Shown here piece after piece: positions 54,967 to 62,917 of a stretch of DNA of 64,000 nt. Numbering within the stretch: position 1 is the stretch's first letter; every line of letters begins with the position of its first letter. The notes under the pieces are model-generated. The model was not told the origin of the DNA and did not search any database. It saw only the letters and a list, made by a program, of their open reading frames with translations. Origin of the DNA: an uncultured Solirubrobacteraceae bacterium (GTDB taxonomy: Bacteria > Actinomycetota > Thermoleophilia > Solirubrobacterales > Solirubrobacteraceae); NCBI GenBank assembly GCA_963800905.1, contig CAWDCT010000009.1, positions 80,681 to 144,680 of the forward strand, read 5' to 3'. Position numbers and translations under genes: made by a program.

Positions 54967-56282
54967 TGATCTCGACCGTGACGCTGCTGCGCGCGCTGGC
55001 CGACGGGCCGATGCGCTCCGACAGCCTGCTCCGGCGGTTCGACGGGATCGACCTCGGGCTGCTCGTCCTGACATTGCGCTCGCTCGAGGGCCGCGGGCTG
55101 GTGGAGCGGCGCATGGAGCGCGTCTACGGGCTCGACCGCGGCCGGACGCGGGCTGCTCTAGCGGCGCAACTCACGCTCAGCTCAGTGCGGGTCGAGGTGC
55201 GGGGCGTCCCGGACATCCATTCGCTGCACGTCGACGCCGGCCCCGGTGAGACGAACACCGCGACGATCACCCATGTCGAGGACGGCTGGACGGTCACCGA
55301 CGTGGGCGCGCCGCTGAGCGCGGGCGACCGCTGCACGAGCGTGGACGAGCACACGGTGCGTTGCGAGATCACCAGCGAGGTCTGGGTACGCGGCGGCGAC
55401 GGCGACGACGCTCTGACCATCGTCGAGGCCGAGCAGATCGCTTCGCATCTCGACGGCGGCCCGGGTGACGACGCGCTGACCGGCGGCGACGGACGCGACC
55501 TCCTCGAGGGCGGCGGCGGTACCGACATGCTGCGCGGCGGCGGCGGATCCGATCTGCTCGACGACTCCGACGGCGTTGCGCCCGACGCTGACCGCTTCGA
55601 CGGCGGCCCCGGCTTCGACGAGGTGAATTACAGAGACCGCAGGACGGCGATCCGCGCCGACCTGCGTCACGCCTTCGGGCACGGCGCCCTCGGCGAGAAC
55701 GACGCCTTCGCCTCGATCGAGGGGGTCGCCGGCGGGCGGGGCGATGACCGGTGGTCGGCACGGCGCGCCGCAACGACCTCGAAGGAGGTCGCGGGCACGA
55801 CGTGCTGATCGGCGGCCGCGCTGCCGACGAGCTCGAAGGGGAGGGCGGCCGCGACCGGATCCGCGGCGGACGAGGCGACGACGAGTTGTTCGGAGGATCG
55901 GGCCGCGACCGCGTGAGCGCGGGAGCCGGCGACGACACCATCGGCTCACACGACGGGATCGCCGAGCGCGTGCGGTGCGGCGCCGGCCGCGACAGGGTCG
56001 GCGAGTACCTGGAGGTCGAGGACGAGCCCGACTACGAGACGGTCGGTCCCGACCCGAGCGACTCGCTCGTGGAGTGCGAGCTCGCGAACATCGACCAGGA
56101 CCCCACCGAGCGGACCGTGCGCGTGCAACCCATCGCGCGGACCGCGACCAATCTGCTGATGCCAACCCGTGCCGCTTCGGCTGCGAACGAGGCACGCTCC
56201 GCATCCGTGCCGGCGGCCGCTCGATTGCGCTGGTGGTGTTCGCCGACCGCCGCCGGTTGCACGTCAGCGGCGTTCTCTATGA
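54966..56282 (+). pseudogene. Hypothetical protein: N-terminal winged-helix-like segment plus RTX/haemolysin-type Ca-binding nonapeptide repeats; at least 1 frameshift (near 55750), 3' end unresolved
   Basis: ATG 54966 overlaps the msiK-like stop. [50 protein letters not shown].... Repeats [45 protein letters not shown], then (ORF 55751 frame) [45 protein letters not shown]. No signal peptide. The stop is 56280-56282 or 56407-56409 depending on frame. Confidence 0.55.
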
Positions 56283-56296
56283 GGGCGTCGCGTTCT

Positions 56297-57165
56297 CTAC
56301 GGCAGCGGCGGGTTGGCGCGCTTGGCGAGCCCGAGTGCATATCGCGGCCACCATGCGCCGGCCGTCGGCGCGTGCCGGCACTCGCCGTCGGACTCGCCAG
56401 GGGTCTTGATCCAGAGGAAGGCGTCGATCAGCGGGTTGCCGGTCTCGGTGGTGGGCGGCGCGCCGAGGCCGCGGCCGGGCGGGTTGCACCAGCGCGTGCC
56501 CTTCGGGCCCTGGCCGTTGCGGCTGGTGTCGATCACGAAGTGGGCTCCGTTGAGGCGGTTCGAGACGTCGGTGCCGAAGGCGACGATCTCGTCGGTGGCG
56601 CGGAAGTTGGAGACGTTGAGGGCGAACGCTCGGGCGCCGACCTTTCTAAGGCGGCGCGTCATCGTCTTGGCGGGCTGCCAGCGCGAGTGCCCGGCGTCGA
56701 CGTACACCGCCGCGCGCTTCAACTTCGTCAATCGCGCGACAGCGTTGCGCACGTGCGCGAGCTTCACGCAGCCCGCCGCGAGCGCATCCGGCTCGACGAT
56801 CACGACCGCCGGCGGCCCCTGATGCCGTCGGCGAAGCCGTCGATCCAGCGCTTGTAGTGGCGGGAGCCGCCGGCCGAGTAGCCGCCGCAGTCGCGGCCGG
56901 GGACGTTGTAGGCGACGAGCACGGCGACCGCGCTTGCTTTGGTGGCTGCGTCCACGGTCCGGTCGACCTGCTTGCGCACCTGCCTGGGCGTGCCGCCCGT
57001 GAACCAGAACGCCTGCGGCACGGCGGCGAGCGAGCGCATCAGCCGTGCGTCGTTCGTCCGGCCCTTGTTCTCGTACTTGCGTGCCTGGCGCTCCGCGTTG
57101 GAGTCCGGGTCGGCATAGAACGGCCCGGCGAGGGCCGCCGCGGCTGCCAGGGCGACGAGCTTCAT
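56297..57165 (-). pseudogene. GH6 glycoside hydrolase (endoglucanase/cellobiohydrolase family), catalytic domain only; 1 frameshift near 56815
   Basis: MKLVALAAAAALAGPFYADP...VLVAYNVPGRDCGGYSAGG (ORF 56800..57234 frame). Then ...VVIVEPDALA...AVYVDAGHSRW...FALNVSNF...FVIDTSRNGQGP...WCNPPGRGLGAPPT...DAFLWIKTPGESDG... (ORF 56297..57184). Confidence 0.8.
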
Positions 57166-57187
57166 GCTCTGGATAATTCCCCAACGG

Positions 57188-57781
57188 ATGAGTTCTTCAC
57201 GTCGACGTGGCCGGCGCCCCGGCGGGAGCGACACGCGCGAGGGGATTCTCGCCGCCGCCCGCGAGCGCTTCGCCGCGCACGGCTACGACCGCACGCGCAT
57301 ACGCGACGTGGCGGCCGACGCGGGCGTCGACGCCGCCCTGGTCCACTACTTCTTCAAGTCGAAGGACGGGCTGTTCGTGGCCGCGATGGAGCTGCCGTTC
57401 CGGCCCGCCGAGGTGATCGCCCCGGTGCTGGCCGAGGGCGTGGACGGGCTGGGGGAGCGGATGGTCCGGCGGATGCTCACGGTCTGGGACGAGAACCGCC
57501 CGGCGCTGCTCGCGCTGGTGCGCAGCGCGAGCAGCCATCCCGGCGCGGCGCTCGCTCTGCGCGAGTTCGTGCTCAGCGAGATCATCGGGCGGCTTGCCGC
57601 GGCGCTGGACGGCGACCAGCTGCGGGCCACGCTCGTCGCCTCGCAGCTCGTGGGCCTGATCGCGGCCCGCTACATCGCGCAGGTGGAACCGCTGGCGAGC
57701 ATGGACCGCGAGGAGATCGTGCCGCTCGTGGCGCCGACGCTCCAGCGCTACATGGACCTGCGCGCGAGCCCGAGCGCGTAG
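57188..57781 (+). CDS. TetR/AcrR-family transcriptional regulator
   Basis: Within ORF 57164..57781. MSSSRRRGRRPGGSDTREGILAAARERFAAHGYDRTRIRDVAADAGVDAALVHYFFKSKDGLFVAAM. Divergent from GH6 copy 1; its 3' end overlaps the GH6 copy 2 3' end by 34 nt. Confidence 0.85.
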   Translation: MSSSRRRGRRPGGSDTREGILAAARERFAAHGYDRTRIRDVAADAGVDAALVHYFFKSKDGLFVAAMELPFRPAEVIAPVLAEGVDGLGERMVRRMLTVWDENRPALLALVRSASSHPGAALALREFVLSEIIGRLAAALDGDQLRATLVASQLVGLIAARYIAQVEPLASMDREEIVPLVAPTLQRYMDLRASPSA

Positions 57782-58638
57782 TCGGCCCACCACGCGCCGG
57801 CGGCCGGGCCGCCGTTGCACGGGCCGTCGCTGAAGCCGGGCTGCTTGATCCAGAGGAAGGCGTCGACCAGGCCGTCGCCGGTCGCGGTGGTGGGCCGCGG
57901 GCCGAGCGCGCGGCCGGGCGGGTTGCACCACTCGTCGCCGTTCGGGCCGAGCCCGTTGCGGCCGGTGTCGATCACGAAGTGCTTGCCGACCTGTGCGGCG
58001 ATGGCGCGGCCGTAGGCGAGCTCGTCGGCCGTGGTCCGGAAGTTCGAGACGTTGAGGCTGAAGCCGGTGGCCTGGGCGATGCCGGCCTGCTGGAGGCGGG
58101 CGGCCATCGTGGCGGCCGAGTGCCAGGCGGAGTGCCCGGCGTCGAGGTAGACGGCCTTGCCGCGCAGCACGGTCACGGCGTCTCTGAGCAGCGCCAGGCG
58201 GGTCTGCTGGTCGGCGGCGCTGAGGCAGTCGAGCCCGGCGAGCGCGTCCGGCTCGAGGATCACGGCGGCGGGCCGGTCGCCGATCCCGCGGGCGAACTCG
58301 CGGATCCAGGCCTGGTACTGCGTCGTGCCGCCGCCCGAGTGGCCGCCGCAGTCGCGGGCGGGGAGGTTGTAGGCGACGAGCAGCGTCCAGCGGCCTTGTG
58401 CCGCGGCGTGCGACACGTGCTGGTTCACGGCTTGCGCGACGTCGGGGTTCCAGTCGCCGAACCACTGCGCCTGCGGCGCCGACGCGATCTCGTCCATCTC
58501 GGCGGCGTCCTGCGGGCGCGTCTCCCGCCAGGCGGCCGCCTGCTGGGCGGCCGGCGAGCTCGGGTCGACGTAGAGCCTGCGGCCCTCGAACGGGTTCGCC
58601 GCCAGCACCGCAACCACCGCCATGACCACGCCCACCAT
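57748..58638 (-). CDS. GH6 glycoside hydrolase, catalytic domain only (intact paralog)
   Basis: ORF 57748..58638 (296 aa): LLVAYNLPARDCGGHSGGG...VILEPDALAG...AVYLDAGHSAW...FSLNVSNF...FVIDTGRNGLGP...WCNPPGRALGPRPT...DAFLWIKQPGFSDG. Confidence 0.85.
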   Translation of the reverse strand: MVGVVMAVVAVLAANPFEGRRLYVDPSSPAAQQAAAWRETRPQDAAEMDEIASAPQAQWFGDWNPDVAQAVNQHVSHAAAQGRWTLLVAYNLPARDCGGHSGGGTTQYQAWIREFARGIGDRPAAVILEPDALAGLDCLSAADQQTRLALLRDAVTVLRGKAVYLDAGHSAWHSAATMAARLQQAGIAQATGFSLNVSNFRTTADELAYGRAIAAQVGKHFVIDTGRNGLGPNGDEWCNPPGRALGPRPTTATGDGLVDAFLWIKQPGFSDGPCNGGPAAGAWWADYALGLARRSM

Positions 58639-58676
58639 GTAGGTTCCCGCCTCGCCTCCGAGACCAAGGATCCTTC

Positions 58677-59275
58677 ATGACCTCACCCAGCGCCAGCGCG
58701 CTGCCCAGATACGGCGTTCTTGCTGACACACTCCCCGGTGCGCGGGTCCGCGACGTCGTGCTCGTCGTGAGCGGCGCGCTGCTCACCGCGCTGTTCGCGC
58801 AGATCTCGATCGACGTGCCGCCGTCGCCGGTGCCGATCACCGGCCAGACGCTGGCGGTCGGGCTCGTGGGCGCGTCGCTGGGCGCCCGCCGCGGCGCGGC
58901 TTCTCTGGCGCTGTACGCGGTTTTGGGCCTGTTCCTGCCGTTCTACGCCGACGGCGAGTCGGGCTGGGACGTGGTGTGGGGCGCCAGCGGCGGCTACATC
59001 ATCGGCTTCATCTTCGCCGCCGGGCTGATCGGCTGGATGGCGGAGCACGGCGCCGACCGCAAGCCGGTGCTGGCCTTCCTGGCCTTCGTGGCCGGGCAGC
59101 TCGTGATCTTCGCCTTCGGCCTCGCCGGACTGAAGATCTCCGTCGGCGAGACGTGGGGCTGGACGATCCACAACGGCTTCTCGATCTTCATCGTCGGCGG
59201 CCTGGTCAAGGCGCTGGTCGGCGCCTGGTGCTTCCGTCGACGTGGCGTCTCGTGCGAGGATTCGAGCAGCGATGA
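58677..59275 (+). pseudogene. bioY: Biotin ECF-transporter S component; 1 frameshift near 59222
   Basis: ORF 58677..: ...LVVSGALLTALFAQISIDVPPSPVPITGQTLAVGLVGASLGARRGAASLALYAVLGLFLPFYA...GGYIIGFIFAAGLIGWM...FVAGQLVIFAFGLAGL.... The C-terminal approx 18 codons are in the frame of ORF 58976..59275. Confidence 0.8.
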
Positions 59276-59667
59276 TCCCCGAGCTCCTGATCCGCTTCGT
59301 CGGCAACCTCGCCGCCCTCTGGCTGGCGAGCGAGATCTTCGACGAGATGACCTACGGCGACGAGTTCTGGGTGCTCGCGCTGGCCGCGATCGTCTTCACG
59401 CTCGTCAACAGGTTCGTCAAGCCCGTGATCGCGATCCTCTCGATCCCGTTCATCATCGTCACGCTCGGCATCGCGTACTTCTTCGTCAACGTGCTGATGC
59501 TGCTGATCACGAGCTTGGTCGTCGGGGACTTCGCGGTCGGTGGCTTCTGGACGTACGTCGGCGCCACGATCGTCATCTGGCTCGTCAACCTGGTCATCGG
59601 CGCGGCCTGGCGCGACATCGCTAGCTCTCGGGCTCGTTCTCGAGGCGCTGACGACTTGCGGTACTAG
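59272..59667 (+). CDS. Phage-holin-4_2 / DUF360-family small membrane protein
   Basis: ATG 59272 (ATGA overlap with the bioY stop): MIPELLIRFVGNLAALWLASEIF...FVKPVIAILSIPFIIVTLGIAYFFVNVLMLLITS...; 4 hydrophobic helices (within ORF 59242..59667). Confidence 0.75.
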   Translation: MIPELLIRFVGNLAALWLASEIFDEMTYGDEFWVLALAAIVFTLVNRFVKPVIAILSIPFIIVTLGIAYFFVNVLMLLITSLVVGDFAVGGFWTYVGATIVIWLVNLVIGAAWRDIASSRARSRGADDLRY

Positions 59668-61107
59668 ACCCGTCGCCGGGGTCGATGGTGATGAGGTCGG
59701 CGGCCAGCGGCTGGAAGGCCGGCTCGGTCGTGTAGATCAGTCGCGCGAGGCCGTAGTCGGTCGTCTCGGTCAGGTTGCCGGTGCCGCCGGCGCCGACCGA
59801 GCCGCCGTTGATCACCGTCACGCCCGCCTGGCGCTCGAGCTCCGCCTTGTGGGTGTGGCCGGTGATGATCACGAGCGGGCGCACGGGCGGGCTGTCCTCG
59901 AGGATCGCCAGCGCGGGCTCGATCAGCGCCGGCTCGTGGACCATCACGATGTCGACGTCGCCGATCAGCTGCATCAGCCAGCCGGTGAAGGCGTCCTGCT
60001 GGTCGGGCGTGGGGGAGGGCTGGAAGCGGTCCCTGAAGTTCTCGCTCGAGCGGCGCTCGAACGGGTCGCGGTAGCCGGCGACCTTCAGGCCCTTGACGTC
60101 GACGATCACGTCGCCGTAGCTGCCGTCGGGCTTGAGCTGGCCGCGTTCGGTGAGCACGGTGGCGCCGCGGCGGGCGAGGTCGATCTGGAGGCTGTCCGAG
60201 TCGTGGTTGCCGGACACGAAGACGAACGGGTCGCCGAGGCTGCTCACGCGGCTCACCAGCCTGCGACTCGATCGGCGAGCCGCGGTCGGTGAGGTCGCCG
60301 GCGAAGAACAGCGGGACGTCGCCCGTCGCCCGCTCGAGGATCGGCGCCGCGAGGAAGTTGTTGTGCAGGTCGGACGCGATCGTGATCGACGGCCGGTCGG
60401 AGAGCGGCGTCAGGCCGGCGGGGTCGGTGACCAGGCGGGCGAGGCCGACGAGCTGCGCGTCGAGCTCCTGGTCGAGCGCGCGGGTGGAGTTCTGGGCGGC
60501 CTCGACGGCGTCCAGCGCACGCGGGATGTCGCCACCGAAGGCGTAGTACTTCGGCTCGTCGATGTTGCCGCGCGGCGGGAAGAGGACCACGAGCGCGACG
60601 CCGATGCCCAGCGTCGTGATCAGGCACGCCGCGACCGTGTATCGCAGCCTCGGTCCGGCCCGGTGCCGGATCGCGAACGCCACGAGCAGCCCGATCGTCA
60701 GCGAGCCGAGGAGCGCGAGGCCGATCAGCTTCTTCAGGTAGCCGGCGATCGCGTCCCGCGCCTCGGTGCGTGTCTCCGCGAGCGACAGGGTCCCGCCGGA
60801 GGCGACACGTGAGACCACGCTGCGGTCGACGGTCCTGAGGTCGACGTTCAGCCGGATCGGCAGCCGGATCGCGTCCTCGAAGCGGACGCCCCAGTCCACC
60901 AGCGGCACGTAGAGATCCAGCGCCCCGTGGCTCCCGGGATCGGCGGAGAGCTCGATCTGCCCGACGTTGAGCTGGCGCTCCTCGTCATAGGTGTCGAGCG
61001 CGGCGTAGGCGCCGAACAGGCGACGCGGCGACCACGGTGAGCACCGCCGCCGCGTGGCGAGCGATCAGGAGCGAGCTTGCGGCGGCGCTCGCCGCCGTGA
61101 GGCTCAA
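59621..61107 (-). pseudogene. Membrane-associated metallophosphoesterase (calcineurin-like); 2 frameshifts near 61010 and 60255, start uncertain
   Basis: By hand: LSLTAASAAASSLLIARHAAAVLTVVAAS, then LFGAYAALDTYDEERQLNVGQIELSADPGSHGALDLYVPLVDWGVRF...ITIASDLHNNFLAAP...LFFAGDLTDRGSP (ORF 59664..60908 frame), then ...DPFVFVSGNHDS...VMVHEP...IITGHTHK...* (ORF 59621..60256). Confidence 0.7.
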
Positions 61108-61599
61108 ATAGTCGCGCAAGGCGCGATCGTCGCTCCAGAACGCCAGCTCGTCCCATGGCAAGGTGGTCGGCCGGAAGGCTTGAACTTCCAGCGCTTCTTC
61201 GGTCCGGGTGGGCGTGCCCTCGGTACGCGCGGCGTACACCACGACCACGATCCGATCGGTACTTCGAGAGTAGACACCCACGAGGCTGGTCAGCTCGATC
61301 TCGAGGTTCGTCTCTTCCTTGGTCTCGCGGATCGCGGCGTCTTCGACGGACTCGCCCAGGTCCACGAAGCCGCCGGGCATCGACCAGCGGCCGCGGTTGG
61401 GCTCGAAGCCGCGTCTGAGCAGGATGAGGTTGCCGTCCGGGTTGGCCGTGATCGCGCAGGCGACGGGCTTGGGGTTGTAGAAGGCGCCGTAGCCGCAGTT
61501 CGGGCACGTGATCGAGCGCGGGTAGTTGACCGTCGCCTCTTTGGCGCACCGCGGGCAGAAGCGGACGTCCTCGAGGGCAGGGTTGAGGCCTTGCGTCAC
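61108..61599 (-). CDS. NUDIX hydrolase with N-terminal zinc-ribbon; no in-frame stop before the phosphoesterase segment (3' boundary unresolved)
   Basis: GTG 61599 (GTGA overlap with the GNAT stop). VTQGLNPALEDVRFCPRCAKEATVNYPRSITCPNCGYGAF (CxxC...CxxC). NUDIX box GGFVDLGESVEDAAIRETKEETNL. The frame (ORF 60985..61629) runs on into the next gene. Confidence 0.75.
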
Positions 61600-62342
61600 G
61601 GCCGTCGCTCCCACAGCTGCATGACGCACAGGCGCGTGTAGCCGAGGTTCAGGTACAGCCGCTCCCCGAGCTCCGTCGCCTGGAGCGTGGTGGTCGTGCA
61701 GCCGTGCTCCTGCGCGTCTTTGAGCGCTTGCAGCATCACCTGCCTCGCGAGGCCCTGGCGGCGCGCTTTGGGCACGGTCGCCACGAAGCTCACGCCGCAG
61801 TCCTCGTCGTGGTGCAGCGCCAGCGCCACGGACACCGGCCGGCCATCCAGGTCGACGCGATAGCCCCTGAGGACGCCGTTCGGCAGCGGCGTCAGCGTCC
61901 GCTCCAGCCGCCCATCGAAGTTGCCGTACGCGAGGTCATTGACGCGGCCGACCGTGGCCAGATCGGCCGGCAGCGGCCGATACCCGTCCGTCTCCAGGCC
62001 GTTGATCGACGCCCCCATCCCAGGGCTGGCAGCCGTCACGACCATCCCGGCCTGGTTGAGCGCCTGGGCCGGGAGGCTCGCACCCCCATCCAGCCAGATC
62101 CCCCAACGCCGCACGCGCGCCTTGCCGTACCGGGTCGCGAGCTCCTCCAGATGCTCCGGCGCCTTGTCGGGATCCAGCGCCACAGCGGCATTGAGCGTGG
62201 GCGAGTCGGGAGCATTCGGCACGACCGACGCCACCAGGCCGTCCCGCTCCAGCGTCCGCCCCGGCCCGGCATGCCCACCGAGCAGCAGCTGAAGCCGGGC
62301 GAACCCCTCCCACAGCCGCAGTTTCAGCGTCCCCTCGTCCAC
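61596..62342 (-). CDS. GNAT-family N-acetyltransferase
   Basis: ORF 61596..62342 (248 aa). Acetyl-CoA binding region VSFVATVPKARRQGLARQVMLQALKDAQEHGCTTTTLQATELGERLYLNLGY. Confidence 0.85.
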   Translation of the reverse strand: MDEGTLKLRLWEGFARLQLLLGGHAGPGRTLERDGLVASVVPNAPDSPTLNAAVALDPDKAPEHLEELATRYGKARVRRWGIWLDGGASLPAQALNQAGMVVTAASPGMGASINGLETDGYRPLPADLATVGRVNDLAYGNFDGRLERTLTPLPNGVLRGYRVDLDGRPVSVALALHHDEDCGVSFVATVPKARRQGLARQVMLQALKDAQEHGCTTTTLQATELGERLYLNLGYTRLCVMQLWERRP

Positions 62343-62408
62343 GCTCCCAGGCTACCCGGAGCGTCGTCTCGCGCCAGCGCCGGTGGCGCTACCCTTCGCA
62401 GGCGTCCC

Positions 62409-62481
<73 letters not shown>

Positions 62482-62484
62482 CTA

Positions 62485-62511
62485 GGAAAGGCCTGGATTG
62501 GCCGCCTTTCC
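62485..62511 (+). terminator. Hairpin directly after tRNA-Thr (candidate terminator/processing signal)
   Basis: GGAAAGGC-n11-GCCTTTCC, starting 4 nt after the tRNA 3' end. Confidence 0.35.
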
Positions 62512-62917
62512 GGGACCCGATGGGACCGCGGCTGCGTGCGCTGTGGCTTCGTGGGCCGCTCTTGGGCCGCGTACGCGGAGTAAGCGAGTTTGCGGAAGGG
62601 GTCAGACAACCCGCAATTGCCGCCGTTCGGCGACTCGTGCGAGGCGGTCGTCGAACGTCAGGACCGCCTCCGCGCGCTCACGGTCGAGTACCTCGCGCCC
62701 CTGCTCGACGAGCCGCAGAAGCAGTTCCCGCCGGGACCGGATCCGTGATCGTCAGCCTGGGGCGCCGCGTCGGCATGACGCCGCTCAGTGTGCAGCACGA
62801 GGTGCGCTTGCGTCACTCAGCACAAGCGAACGGCTAGTACACGTCAAGGGACGGCAAGCACGAGCGGCGAGCCTGGCCGGGCCATCCAACTCGGTCCTGT
62901 GAGGAGAGCCGTCCCCG

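Noticed and set aside
62598-62615. GGGGTCAGACAACCC, which resembles a collapsed scar of the 40-nt palindrome (left-arm end GGGTC joined to right-arm AGACAACCC).
   Set aside because: Only a roughly 9-nt exact match. A 9-mer is expected by chance about once in a window of this size on both strands, so this is not significant on its own.
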